Below are positions 13,758 to 26,709 of a DNA stretch of 64,000 nt, piece by piece. The DNA lies in NCBI GenBank assembly GCA_043228905.1, contig JBHGNT010000016.1, positions 17,174,001 to 17,238,000 on the forward strand. Direction: 5' to 3'. How positions within the stretch are numbered: the first letter of the stretch is position 1; every line of letters starts with the position of its first letter. Below the pieces are notes generated by a model. It was given only the letters and a program-made list of their open reading frames with translations, was not told where the DNA came from and did no database searches. The position numbers and the translations under genes were made by a program. The DNA is from Azolla caroliniana (Eukaryota > Plantae > Polypodiophyta).

Positions 13758-16700
13758 TACTTCTCGATTCTCCCTATAGAATATTGCTACCTAGGATCTA
13801 ACCTTTGTGCCTACCTATCTATTGTACAACAAAGGGCGTTCCCACATGTAAGGGCTAGTTTACACACGCTATACACGGTTTGCGCATGGGGACGGTTTTC
13901 TTCACGACATCCGCCCCCACCTAACCGCGCGTCCACCGGTATGCGCCAAAATTGGGTTCCTACTGGAGAAAACCGGTCCTTGCTTTTATTCGTCGTTTAC
14001 CGGTTCGTCCTTCGCCTCGGGCTGCTCGTCGTTGCTGTCCGTGCCCCCTAGCTCCGGCTCACCGTCGTGTCATTTCTTGAACGCTTTGATCCTTTTCCCC
14101 GCTATTGGTATCGCCATTCTCGTACCGTCGAGCTCCGCGAGATGGTACGTGCCATTGTCGTTGGCGCATGTTACTACGTAAGGCCTGGACCACCTCCTTG
14201 CGAACTTCCGCGTGGCCTTGTGCTGATTGTCGAGGCTGCTGTCATAGACTAGCACCCAATCGCCTTCCTCGATCTTCCTTGGCCGGAGCCGGTGCGTTCG
14301 GTCGAACCGGGCTTTGTTCCTTATCCTCGCTACCCGAAGTTTCTCCGCGGCTCGCTCTACGTCCTCCGGCCTCCGCTCGAGCTATCGAATCCGCGCCGCC
14401 AACAGTTCCTCCCGGCTCATCTCATCCCTCCATTCCACCATGGCCCACGAGGAGATCGTTCGCTCTGTTGGCATGATCGGCTTCTGTCCGAACATAAGCT
14501 CTGCCGGCATGAACCCGGTTACCGAACTGTGCGTAGTCCGGTCCGCCCACAAGGCATAAGGTAGTAGCCGTGGCCAGTTCCCGACTTGGCCTCCGCACGC
14601 TTGTACTAGCGCTTTGACAATCGGCCCGTGTCCGCGCTCTACCTTCCCGTTCGCCTCCGGGTTGTACGCTGTGGTGAGCGAAAGTTTGACTCCTAGCCGG
14701 TCGAACAGCACTTCGGCCTCTTCTGCGTCCAACTCACCACGGTCAGCCACGATCTTCCCTACGCACCCGTATCGACATACCACGTCCTCAATCAAAAACC
14801 GGCACACGGTTGCAGTTGTCTTGTTCTGCAGGGCTCGGCCTTCAACCTGGTTCGTTAGATCCTCCCGAGCCAGCACCAGATACCGCATCTGTCCTACCCC
14901 CATTGGCATCGTCACCAAATCCACCATCCACTTGAAGTGGACGGTCGGAGGGTAGGTCGGGTGAAGCTCGTCCTGGTGTCGGATCATGGAGTGCACCTGA
15001 CAGCTTTCGCAAGTCGTCACGAACCGATGCACGTCCCGGTATAGTCCCGGCCACCAGTACTTCCCCTTTAGCTTTTCGAACGTGGCCCACGTTCCACGGT
15101 GTCCAGCCCAAGGACTGTCGTGGTACGCCGTCAGCAAATCCTCCTGTTCCTCCTTCTTCGCCACTACTCGAAGCGGGATGCCGTTCCTCTTCTTCGGGTG
15201 CTTCCATATGTACCCGTCCCGGAGAAAGAATCGGTACGCTTTCTTCCGAATCCGGTTGGCCTCATCTGTTGTCCATGCCGCGTCCGGTGTCATTGTTTTC
15301 AGGAACCCGCCGATCTGCAACCACTCCCCATCGTACTTGCTCTCGTCAAAATCATTAAGCGTTGGAGTGCATTCCTTGCCGGTTGTTATGTGAGCCGCCT
15401 TGAAGAAGTCCACGCCGACTTCCTCGTCCTCCGAAACCATGCCGCCCTCGTTTTCGAACCTCACCCTTGAAAGCATGTCGGCCATGGCATTGTCTTTCCC
15501 GGAAATGTGTCATATTTCCGGATTCAGGGACTTGATGTACGCTATCCACCTAAGCATTGCCAGGTTCGGCATTGCGCATCCGGAAACCATGCCAAGAATT
15601 GGTAGGCAGTCCGTCTCGATTATTACCTCTGCCCCGATCAGGTAGTCTTTATCGGCCTTTACCGCCGAAACGATACCCCAGAGCTCGCGTTTAACTTGGG
15701 CGTATCCTCGCTGTCACTCGCTGAGGACCTTCGTGCCGAACCGTATCGGGAAACGCATGCCATCCTCGTCCTCTTGGTTGACGACCCATCCGATCCCGGT
15801 CGGGCTCGTGTCTACCATTACGAAAATTGGGGTGTCCTTTCCGTAGACAGCCTTTCAGAGCGCCGGAGCTGTGGCAAGTGCTTCCTTCGTCTTTCGGACA
15901 GACTCCGTATGCTCGTCTCTCCACTCGAATTTTTGCCCCTTTTTCAGCAACCCGTATAACGGCTCCGCGACGTGAGCGTAATGCGGGATCCATATGTGGT
16001 AGAACGCGCACGCTCCCAAGAACCTCCGAACCTCCGTGACCAAGCTACAGTCGTTCTTCATCGCTGAGATGGCTTCTACCTTAGCCGGAGACGGTTTCCG
16101 GCTGTACGGCCCGCATAGGTGTCCGACGACCATGATCTCTGATTGCCCGAAGGCCGACTTTCCCCCGGAGAAGGTGAGCCTCGCGCCCTCCAACCTCTGC
16201 AGCACCTTCTCGCCGTCGTTGATGTGCGTCGCCACGAATTTCCGGCATCCGTCCGGTTCGTCTCGTCCCTTTCCTCCACCGGGCATCCCTTGATCGGGAC
16301 GTCGTCCAAAAACGGCCTGGTGATGTCCGGGATACAATCCCTCAGTATTTTGTTCATTGCGTTCACCATGTGAACCACCGAGTTCGTCCCTCCTTGCGGC
16401 AGGGTACACATCCGTACTAGGCCGAGAGGAGTTCGCATTGTCGTGATGTCCCTGCTCTCTACGGCAAGCTGGAACTGATCGTAACCCGAGTAGAGATCAC
16501 CGACCGAGTAAATCGACCTTCCGGCGAAGGCCTCCGTGAACTCGTCTATTGTTGGTCCGATTCCTGCGTTTTGAATGGTCACCTTGTTGACCGGCTGCAG
16601 GTCTTGAATAAAGCGCAGCGTGCCGTCCTTCTTCGGCACGGTAAACCACCGATTCGAGTATGGGGCACTCGACGGTTTGAGGATTCCCATCTCGACCTTC

Positions 16701-19700
16701 TGCTTTAATAGCTCCATCAGCTTCGGGATGTGAGATCTGGGTACTGGAATCGGTTTGAGACTCCACGGCACATGCGGTACCATGAATATCACCATTGGTT
16801 CCACGAATGTCGGGTCTACGCACCCGATCTCCTCCGATGAGAATGCGAAAGCCTTCCCGTGCCTTCCGAGCATTCCCCGAAACCGGTCCTCCTCCGCTGG
16901 CAGTAGGAAGCCGCCCCCACCGACCTTGAGCTCCCGTAGCGTTATGTCGGTGAACGTGTGTCCTATGCGGGCCGGATTTCGTAAACTCGGGTCCAATGCA
17001 ACCCCCTTTATTCGCAACTCGCTGCCCTCCGGCAAGGGAGCCGCGACTGGCCTCATCTTCCGGTCCACAGTCTTGTACCTCGTGTCCACTCGGGCCGTCC
17101 AAACCAACTCGAGCCCTCTTCTGAAGTCCGCGATGACTTCGTACATCCTTTCCGAACATACCGGAATCGTCCGGTCCTCTTTAAGGACTTCTCCGACTAC
17201 CTCTCGCAGCTCCCCCAAGGTATCGTCGAAAGAGACCGCTTCCACGGCTCCGTTGATTTCCTCTCCGAGGCCGAGGATACCACATGCCCGAAGTCGCTCC
17301 TCCACCCTCTTCTTCTTCCGCCCAAGAACGTCAACTATCATACACCCTCCGTTGTCGGAGAACCAAAATTTCCTATTTATAGTACTGGTCTTCTCCGCTA
17401 TCGTACATTTGTGGGGTTTTCCCGGAGTGTCCGGACTATCGCGGCCCCACGCCTTGATAACCCTCTCTAAAAATCCTCTCGGCTTTCGCCCCCGAGGGTT
17501 CGCGGTTCCGCTAATGGTTCGGTCTCACCGTTAGGAACTGGACCGAGTGACGCCCATCCTGGCTCTTGACCCTTGCATAGGCCGAGCCGTTGTCCAACAC
17601 CTTGGTCTCCATCCGTGCTGCCGTGATGTACGGTTCTCCTAGTATAACCGGATGTGAGGACGTCTCCTGCACGAAGAAGTGTTGGTCAATCTCGACATCG
17701 CCGATCTTTACTCGTACGTTCGGGCAAGCTCCATGCAGTTCTTCGGTGGCATGCGTCGCCGCCCGTATTTTCCACCCGTGCTTGGTGTTGATCGACCATT
17801 TTCCCTTCTTATAAAAGTCCATGGACATCAAATTGATTTCTGAACCGTGGTCCACCAACGCCACCACTGGATCATGAACATCTCCGATCTTCACGGGGGT
17901 CTCCGTAGTCGCTCTGGCCCAGTGCGGCCTCGAATAGTGGCTCTCCGCCAACTCGTCTTCCAGCGCCATGTCCTCTATGTGCGTCGTCCGCACCTCCACC
18001 GGCTTCTCCGGTTCTATCTCCGTCGACAACCTCTTCCTCTTCACCAAGTCTACGATGGAGTCGTGAAACTCCTTGGCGATCCCAAGCACTTCCCTCAGCG
18101 ATAGTTCCACCTTGCTGTCGAGGATTCGTTCTTCCAGGACCTTTCGCAGGTCCGTGGATCTTTCGATTTCTGTGCCCAACCGGTACCCGCCCTTCTTGGG
18201 ATTATCTTGGGCGCCGAGTACACCGGCCTCATTCCGCCTTTGCCCGAATCAAGTTTCATATCGCTGCGAGGGTCCGGCCCCTCCGGTTTTCCCTACCCAC
18301 TTGTCCTCTACCAGAGCCTCGTAGTTTTGACAAGCGGCTTCGACGAAGCCCGTCTTTTCTTCCACTAGGTCACTCCACCCGGTCACCTCCCGGACCCGTT
18401 TTTCTGCGCAGTCCACCTCTTTTTTCCTCCGCCGCGCGCCGTCGAGGCCTTCTAGCATCGTCGGCTAGAACTCGGCTTTGTCAGTCTTCGAGGCTTTGCC
18501 ACCTCCGACCCGGATACCAGCTGACGCTGAGTAGTGGACGGTCTCCGCGTGACGAGCCACTGCCTCCTCCATCAGCCTTTTCATGCCCCCTCGCCCGACG
18601 TTCAGGTTCAGGGCCCTTCGGGTCTCGCTGGCGTGCACCCGACCGTTCCACAGGTACACCACGTTGCTTCTCATCGCCTCGACGAATTCCCCGCAGTCCT
18701 TTCGGATGTGCCCAACAACGTCACACCACATGCACCTGTTTTCCGCCAGAGGTCGTCGGTCACGGGCCTGTTCGCCACCATCCCTCCGGGCCTGGGCGAT
18801 CTGGAGATCCTTTACCATCCGCGTTAGCTCCTCCAGAGCTGCTCCCCCGGACGAGCCCTTGACCATGCCAATTGAGGCCGACCCGGTCTCGAGCCAATCT
18901 CGGGTCTCTTCCCTTCGCGTTGGTGGCGTTGGCTCGAGCTTCTTTGCTGCGACAGAGCCCGCCCTTGTCGATCCTTTGTCAACCCATTCCTGCCGTTTGT
19001 CGAAACGGCCACAGACCCTTTTCACCACGGCCCAGTCGGCCGTCAGCCCGTCATCAGTCTCCAATAGGAGGCCTACCTGCTCCCGATTCCGCTCGTCAAC
19101 CGACTTAACAAACAATAGGACACGACTTGTGTCTAGAACGGTCCGGTCAAGCACCGAGAGGCACGCGAAGCGTTCCTCAAACTCTCGAAGGAGCACTGAC
19201 GCGTTCCTTCCTTTGTCGGGGGTCTCCACCCACTCCATGAAGTCCCGCTTCGAAAGTCGAAGCGCATCTTCAAGCCCGTATCTTTCAAGGAGCCGACCTT
19301 CGAACTCCTCCCAGGTCCGGCTCTCGGCCCGTACCTCGAGCACCTCCGTATGGATACCCGGCATCGCCACTCGAGGGAACCCGGCTAGAAGCCTCTCTTC
19401 CGGAATGTCCCTCATTACCATCTCAGCCCGGTAGGACGCCAAGTAGCTCGTGGCATCCTTTCCACTAAACCGGCCGATCGTACCGACAACCGCCTCGATA
19501 GCCCTATCAAGGGCACCAGTGCCTTCGCGCGCACTCACTATACGGTCTACAGCCGAAGCCATGGCTTCTGCAAGGTCCGACCCCCTCATCTTCTACTCCT
19601 CTGCCGCCTGTTCACGTCGGGTTCACCAAATATGTCGCGTTGTTACGCGCGTGCGTGGAGAACAAGGTGGGACCACTCGGGTCTTGGACCGAGGAATAGG

Positions 19701-19703
19701 TGA

Positions 19704-19751
<48 letters not shown>

Positions 19752-20340
19752 GCTCACTCACATATAGACAAAGAAGTGCACGGGGACGCGACACAACAAC
19801 ACAGGATACACGAGTTGAGAACACTAGAGTATGTATATAAAATAGGCATGTATTTGTAAGTATGCAGACGACGCGAACGGTTACAGCCGATCAGGTCGGC
19901 GAGGTGTATGCCGACTCCTGAACACCCACGCACACAGGAGAGCAAGATGGAGATTCTGCCGGAAGCACACGGGCGTTCCACGGAGCAGAATCAGCCTCCT
20001 GAGAACCTGCGCAAAAGAAGCTAAGGAGAACGACAAAGAAGAAGAGCTCGGTCCCAGTCCGACAGCACTTCGTTCCCTCTAGCGCGTGATACCCTTCTCT
20101 CCCCCGTCTCCCTCTCTTTTATAGCTCAAGGAGGGAGGCCGTCTTACCCGTTTACATCACATTAATTCTCTGTCCTTTCAGACAGAGATACTCCTCGATT
20201 CTCCCTATAGAATATTGCTACCTAGGATCTAACCTTTGTGCCTACCTATCTATTGTACAACAAAGGGCGTTCCCACGTGTAAGGGCCGGTTTACACATGC
20301 TATACACGGTTTGCGCCTGGGGACAGTTTTCTTCACGACA
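13758..20340 (-). mobile_element. Ty3/Gypsy non-chromovirus with tRNA-Trp PBS (Phygy/Selgy-like by inference), decayed
   Basis: 5' LTR 20340-19633, PBS TGGTGAACCCGACGTGAA at 19628-19611, gag from 19589, protease VDHGSEINLM, RT (DLYSGYDQF, FLDD), RNase H, integrase (WMVDLV, ADRGE, YNPEANGKVERGH). PPT precedes 13909. The 3' LTR is truncated to 13909-13758. Confidence 0.92.
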
Positions 20341-22760
20341 ACGTTTTCCCTTTAGATTTCCCCAAAATTTAGCACATGCATGTGCTTTCTCTTGCGTTTG
20401 GATAAATTGTTGAGTAACTTCCCATATTCTTCTCTTTCTTTGAATAAGCCTTTTATACTCATGCAAATGCTTTTGGTAATTCTCTTTATCCTTAACTACA
20501 TCCAAAACCATAAGGCACTTTCGAGCTTCACGACATTCTTTACCAAACCATTTTTTCCTAAGTTTCTTGGTGCATTTCCAAGATGTGCGGTTGGTCGAAA
20601 AACATTTGTTTGTACATGAGAGAATGACTTTCTTGAAAGCTTCCCATTTGCATTCTAGTGTGGCACCATGTTGTATCTTTGTCATTTGTAACATATCCTC
20701 AACCATCTTGGAATACATGGGTGCTCGCTTAAGGTTCATGCTCAAGTGTGGTTGTTTATTATCTTCAATAGCCTTCTCACAATCAAACCTATGCATACAT
20801 TTGAGATCAATACATAAAGGCCTATGATCGGATTCCGGTGTCCATTCACCAAGTGAGAATTTATGTATACGATCCAAAATACCTTCGGAAAGTAGCACAT
20901 AATCAATCACACTATTTCCGTTGTGTTTTCTACATGTAAAACCATTAGTGTTGGGCCATAAGGAAATACCATTTGCAATAAGCAATCCGGTACTATTGCA
21001 CATTTGGAGTAACTTCCCAAATTGGTCCAGATCTTTTTCATCGCTAGAAGAGCGGTTATACATTTGCATATCCTCTTGCATCCTTGAGATATGTGGCATG
21101 AAAGATTCTTGTGAATCAAGTTTGAAACTTCTTGTACGAGCATTCATGTCACCAAAGACAATAACTTCCCCTTTGGATTTGAAATAAGCAATATCATCTT
21201 CTAGATTGGCAAACGGTTGATCTTTATCCAAACAAGCATAAAAGTTAGAATCTTGATGAGGAATGTAACATCCAACTACAAAAGTGGGCAAATCATTAGG
21301 TGTTTCTATTTTGAGCCATATGTAGCATTTATTTTCATCATTTTTTATGATTGACACATATTTCTCTATTTCCTTCTTAATCAAACATGCCACCCCTCCT
21401 TGTCCTCTTCTTTGTCTTGGATTTTTCTTCCATATCAAAGAGTGTACATTATAGTTTCCTAAACCTTGAATCCTTTGAGTATCATGCTCCCATGTTTCAA
21501 CAAGAAGTGTGATATCCGAGTCATCGGTGAACTCCTCTATGCCAAATCCCGCATTCCATGGGTATCCATTGCAATTCCAAAAGCATAGTCGTAAAAGGCA
21601 TGAGTTAGTCTCATAGATCACGTGTCCCTATTTGCCTACATTTCCATCTTTAGGCACATCCTTAACCTTGTTTTTCAATCTTTCTTCATATGCTTTACGA
21701 CGAGCATTTTGTTGTGAGATAGTATGATCTTCACTCACAAAGCATTGTGTACCTTTGAGGTATACCCAACTATTTTCGAGTATGATTCGCTGCTTTGTAT
21801 CATTTGTCATTGTGCATACAATAGGCCTTTCTCTAGAGCGAGTAACACCATGTTTCCCAACTCGGTGTGCCCCATATACATTCACATCTGACATCCCATA
21901 ATGCATGCTAAAAAATTCACCAATGGCCTTTCCAAGGGATGCGGGTGTTTCCATACTCTCTTCTTTAATCCCACGGACGACAATGTTCTTTGATTGTCGT
22001 TCACGTTCTTTCAATTCTCGGACATCTATGCTTTCTATATTCTTCTCTTGATGCATCACATGCATATTAGATGAGTTTGATAACACATCCCCACCACATA
22101 CATCGGCCCATGACTTCGTTGTACATACATTTTCCATCTCACTTACATTCCGCCTCATCGTGTCCAATTTTTCTTCTTTTAATGCTTCCTTTAACTCAAT
22201 CTTGTTAAGGTGCTCATTTGTTTCAAAAGAAGCTCTTTTACATTCTTGAATCTCTTCTTGAAGTTTTGCAACCACTTGTTTAAGACTTTCATTCTCAATG
22301 ACAACACTTTGGATCTTAGTATTCTCTTTCATTAACATCCTAATCTCTTAACCTTACTTGTTTATGGTTTCTTGAAGAGAAATCAAGTGACTCATAAGCA
22401 TTTTGTCCATTTCATTAGAATTGAGATTTGTTGGTGATCTCGGCTCATTATCAATCATACCCCTGAACTTTGCGGCGGTTTTACGAGTATTTTCCATTGT
22501 AGGGACAAACCCTACGGGAAAAGAGAGACAGAGAGGGAAGGAGAGAGAATGTACCTTTCACTCGATTTAGGGCTTCAAAATCTACCTTCCGTTTGAGGAA
22601 CCGTGGGGCAAAGATGGTTGTGGATGAAAATGCTCATAACTTCTCGCCACGGTAACAGAATTCAGTAAATGAACATTCTTTAGAAAGCTCTCTCAAAGAG
22701 CTTTCCAACTAGCTATAGAACGTAGAAAACGATGGCTGGAGTGAACTTACAGAGAGATTT

Positions 22761-22802
<42 letters not shown>
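20341..22802 (-). mobile_element. RTE-X-like LINE copy C (5' half: (CT)n head, ORF1 with stops, APE domain), cut by the Gypsy insertion
   Basis: Near-identical to 39356-41812. ORF1 22497-21628. ORF2 runs from 21621 and ends at the Gypsy LTR at 20340. Confidence 0.9.
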
Positions 22803-22806
<4 letters not shown>

Positions 22807-25800
22807 TAGATAGATAGATTATATTATCGTCTTCGGAGGTCAAATATGACCTATGAGACCAAAAATATTACATTTCACGTGATATGTGTGAAAGTGAGTA
22901 GTGACTCTCGATGTTCAAGAACTTTACCAATGAATGTTGCAATCGAGAGTGCACATTGTGGTTGTGAGAGGAATTCATGCAAAGATTGGGCTCGATCGAA
23001 GAGATGTGTAAAGCATGGTCGAATATGATCAAAGGCAGAGCATTGTATCAAAGTGTGATACTCAGACTCGCGAACTTGTTTAGGGCAAAGTGCGCATAAC
23101 CGACCACTCTCATCACTTGTACCCCAACGCCCTGTTTCACATCGCAATGCATGTGAGCTAAGTCGCATGGAAGCAATGGTTCGAATGGAAGATAACGGTA
23201 TGGGCTCTAACATGTATGGATGTGTACGATTTCCCCGTTCCGCGAAGAATATGGTTTTGTAGTTCGGTGCAACATGTGTAGTATAATGTGTGAAGCGTGA
23301 GCCTCCACATTTGTCCCATGTCATGATACATTGGCGTTGCAAAAATGCCTCATTTACAGAGGAATCTAATGATGCATCATGAAGCAAGTGTCTCGCATCC
23401 CATCTACCAAACCATTTTTCTATATCTTGCATCCAACCGGAACACAAAATTTTGCTTTTATGCGTCTTTTGGATCTTTTTGCTTGCTTCCCACGCAATTC
23501 TAGGAAGTCGATGTGAGGGACTTTTTTGAACCTTAAGCATGTATTCAACAACCCTTTCCATGGCCATGATCTCAATGGGAAGCGATCCCGTCTCAAGGAG
23601 GAGGAGGGTGTAGGGCGTTTGTTTCTTAACTTGTAGAAACTTGGTAAGAAAATGCTTTTGGACATTTTCAAACTCTTTCCACATAGATTTAGGGATGCTA
23701 CCGCCCCATACTTCCACCCCATAGAGAAGAACCGGTGTCACCAAAGTGTCGAAAAGATATTTCTTGAGGACCCAACACTTAATATCTCCAAGATTGCATG
23801 TGTTCTCAAATGCATAGTATGCTCGCTTGCCCGCCTCTAAGCGGCGTGTAGCACATTCATTCCATCTATGATTTGAAGGAACTTCAAGGCCAAGATATTT
23901 GAAGCTTTCCACACATTCAAGTGGCTCATTGTTGTACATAATGCATGGTTTATCTCTTTTTTGGCTCTTCACAAGCATAATCTTTGTTTTAGAGCTATTG
24001 ACACTTAATTTAGTATGCATGCAAAATTTTTCCAATGCCTTCATAAGCTTTTGTGCATCTCCTAAAGTATTTGCAAAAAGCACTACATCATTTGCATATA
24101 GCAAAAGCATAATCACAACATTCCCAATGGCAACTTCTTCAACACATTCTTCCTTTGCAAACTTGGTAACCATTTCTTCCAATTCATCAATGCATAGACC
24201 AAATAGTGTTGGTGAGAGTGGGCATCCTTGCTTAACACCAATAGTGCTTTTGAAAAAATCTGAAAGTTTATCTCTCATGCGCACACAACATATAACCTTC
24301 TCATAAATTCGGGAAATTGCAAGCATATATTCACTTGGCACCTCAAGTTCTTCCATTCGCCTCCAAAGATGCTCACGAGGTACCATATCAAAAGCTTTCT
24401 TGAAGTCTACAAAGCAACAATATAAACCTTTACCTCTAAGGCGACTTTCCTCCGTTAATACTCGAAGGGTGATAAGGTGATCAATGGTGCTATGGTGTTT
24501 CCGAAAGCCAGCTTGTCCATAAGCTCTCTTACCACTTTTTTCAGCCCATACACTTATCTTTGATTCCATTATACATCCAAATAGTTTTGCCATTAATGAG
24601 CCAACCATGATGGTTCGATAGTTGTTTACATTATTTATATCTCCACCTTTATGTAAAGGTTTGATCCAATTTGTAGTCCAATCGTACGGCATACCATGTT
24701 GCAATGCATCATTAAACATATCTCTTATCCATATATGTGCTTCCTTTCCCGTCCATTTGAGCATTTCAGCCTTTATACATTGAAGATCGCTTGCCTTTCG
24801 AGAGGCCAATTTCTTAAGTCCTATGCATATATCTTCAATTGTAAAGAAGGGAGGCATATGTGAAAGAGAACCATAACACATCATCTTTCCGGCAAGAGAT
24901 AATTCATATAAATTCTTACAATGCATAGACAAGTCGTGAAGAGTTAAGTCACCATAACTCTCAACACGTTTTCCCTTTAGATTTCCCCAAAATTTAGCAC
25001 ATGCATGTGCTTTCTCTTGCGTTTGGATAAGTTGTTGAGTAACTTCCCATATTCTTCTCTTTCTTTGAATAAGCCTTTTATACTCATGCAAATGATTTTG
25101 GTAATTCTCTTTATCCTTAACTACATCCAAAACCATAAGGCACTTTCGAGCTTCATGACATTCTTTATCAAACCATTTTTTCCTAAGTTTCTTGGTGCAT
25201 TTCCAAGATGTGCGATTGGTCGAAAAACATTTGTTTGTACATGAGAGAATGACTTTCTTGAAAGCTTCCCATTTGCATTCTAGTGTGGCACCATGTTGTA
25301 TCTTTGTCATTTGTAACATATCCTCAACCATCTTGGAATACATGGGTGCTCGCTTAAGGTTCATGCTCAAGTGCGGTTGTTTATTATCTTCAATAGCCTT
25401 CTCACAATCAAACCTATGCATACATTTGAGATCGATACATAAAGGCCTATGATCGGATTCCGGTGTCCATTCACCAAGTGAGAATTTATGTATACGATCC
25501 AAAATACATTCGGAAAGTAGCACATAGTCAATCACACTATTTCCATTGTGTTTTCTACATGTAAAACCATTAGTGTTGGGCCATAAGGAAATACCATTTG
25601 CAATAAGCAATCCGGTACTATTGCACATTTGGAGTAACTTCCCAAATTGGTCCAGATCTTTTTCATCGCTAGAAGAGCGGTTATACATTTGCATATCCTC
25701 TTGCATCCTTGAGATATGTGGCATGAAAGATTCTTGTGAATCAAGTTGGAAACTTCTTGTACGAGCATTCATGTCACCAAAGACAATAACTTCCCCTTTG

Positions 25801-26383
25801 GATTTGAAATAAGCAATATCATCTTCTAGATTGGCAAACGGTTGATCTTTATCCAAACAAGCATAAAAGTTAGAATCTTGATGAGGGATGTAACATCCAA
25901 CTACAAAAGTGGGCAAATCATTAGGTGTTTCTATTTTGAGCCATATGTAGCATTTATTTTCATCATTTTTTATGATTGACACATATTTCTCTATTTCCTT
26001 CTTAATCAAACATGCCACCCCTCCTTGTCCTCTTCTTTGTCTTGGATTTTTCTTCCATATCAAAGAGTGTACATTATAGTTTCCTAAACCTTGAATCCTT
26101 TGAGTATCATGCTCCCATGTCTCAACAAGAAGTGTGATATCCGAGTCATCGGTGAACTCCTCTATGCCAAATCCCGCATTCCATGGGTATCCATTGCAAT
26201 TCCAAAAGCATAGTCGTAAAAGGCGTGGGTTAGTCTCATAGATCACGTGTCCCTATTTGCCTACATTTCCATCTTTAGGCACATCCTTAACCTTGTTTTT
26301 CAATCTTTCTTCATATGCTTTACGACGAGCATTTTGTTGTGAGATAGTACGATCTTCACTCACAAAGCATTGTGTACCTTTGA

Positions 26384-26384
<1 letters not shown>
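22803..26384 (-). mobile_element. RTE-X-like LINE copy B, 5'-truncated, (TCTA)n tail
   Basis: Contains the end of ORF1 plus a complete ORF2. Tail reads (TAGA)n on + at 22803-22818. The 5' junction abuts the (GA)n tract of a Copia LTR. Confidence 0.92.
22875..26246 (-). CDS. LINE ORF2: AP endonuclease + reverse transcriptase + C-terminal CCHC finger (1123 aa)
   Basis: APE motifs WNCNG, VETW, GDMNAR, SVIDY, SDH. RT motifs QAGFRK, FVDFKKAFDMV, GVKQGCPLSPTLF, FKYLG. C-terminus HALRCETGRW..CALC..EYHTLIQC. The catalytic YADD reads YAND in this copy. Confidence 0.92.
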   Translation of the reverse strand: MIYETNPRLLRLCFWNCNGYPWNAGFGIEEFTDDSDITLLVETWEHDTQRIQGLGNYNVHSLIWKKNPRQRRGQGGVACLIKKEIEKYVSIIKNDENKCYIWLKIETPNDLPTFVVGCYIPHQDSNFYACLDKDQPFANLEDDIAYFKSKGEVIVFGDMNARTRSFQLDSQESFMPHISRMQEDMQMYNRSSSDEKDLDQFGKLLQMCNSTGLLIANGISLWPNTNGFTCRKHNGNSVIDYVLLSECILDRIHKFSLGEWTPESDHRPLCIDLKCMHRFDCEKAIEDNKQPHLSMNLKRAPMYSKMVEDMLQMTKIQHGATLECKWEAFKKVILSCTNKCFSTNRTSWKCTKKLRKKWFDKECHEARKCLMVLDVVKDKENYQNHLHEYKRLIQRKRRIWEVTQQLIQTQEKAHACAKFWGNLKGKRVESYGDLTLHDLSMHCKNLYELSLAGKMMCYGSLSHMPPFFTIEDICIGLKKLASRKASDLQCIKAEMLKWTGKEAHIWIRDMFNDALQHGMPYDWTTNWIKPLHKGGDINNVNNYRTIMVGSLMAKLFGCIMESKISVWAEKSGKRAYGQAGFRKHHSTIDHLITLRVLTEESRLRGKGLYCCFVDFKKAFDMVPREHLWRRMEELEVPSEYMLAISRIYEKVICCVRMRDKLSDFFKSTIGVKQGCPLSPTLFGLCIDELEEMVTKFAKEECVEEVAIGNVVIMLLLYANDVVLFANTLGDAQKLMKALEKFCMHTKLSVNSSKTKIMLVKSQKRDKPCIMYNNEPLECVESFKYLGLEVPSNHRWNECATRRLEAGKRAYYAFENTCNLGDIKCWVLKKYLFDTLVTPVLLYGVEVWGGSIPKSMWKEFENVQKHFLTKFLQVKKQTPYTLLLLETGSLPIEIMAMERVVEYMLKVQKSPSHRLPRIAWEASKKIQKTHKSKILCSGWMQDIEKWFGRWDARHLLHDASLDSSVNEAFLQRQCIMTWDKCGGSRFTHYTTHVAPNYKTIFFAERGNRTHPYMLEPIPLSSIRTIASMRLSSHALRCETGRWGTSDESGRLCALCPKQVRESEYHTLIQCSAFDHIRPCFTHLFDRAQSLHEFLSQPQCALSIATFIGKVLEHRESLLTFTHIT

Positions 26385-26386
<2 letters not shown>

Positions 26387-26422
<36 letters not shown>

Positions 26423-26709
26423 CAGAGCGATTCTCTGTTGTAACTGCAGTCAGGCAAAGATTGTGAGCAAGAGGTTGTTGCCTCTTTGTTCACCTGCTGT
26501 ATTCCTCTAGACATAGTGATAATTGGAGTTTGTGAACTCTCGTGGTTTTTTCCCATTTAGGGTTTTCCACGTAAACATACTTTGTACCCTCTCTCATATT
26601 GTCTGTGTGTACGTATATTCATCTCTATTCCCATTCTCGGTGTTCGATTCCAAATGACACGATCTGAGACTCAGTTGTGGCCGAGTAATATTCCGCATAT
26701 TTCGCGTCA
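26387..26709 (+). mobile_element. Right part of the 3' LTR of the Copia element starting at 11502
   Basis: Aligns with 11750-12061 from the (GA)n tract to the ...GTCA end. Candidate degenerate TSD GTTGT/ATTGC. Confidence 0.8.

Noticed and set aside
20242-20340. Novel C-terminus on the 459-aa LINE ORF
   Set aside because: It is read-through into the inserted Gypsy LTR.
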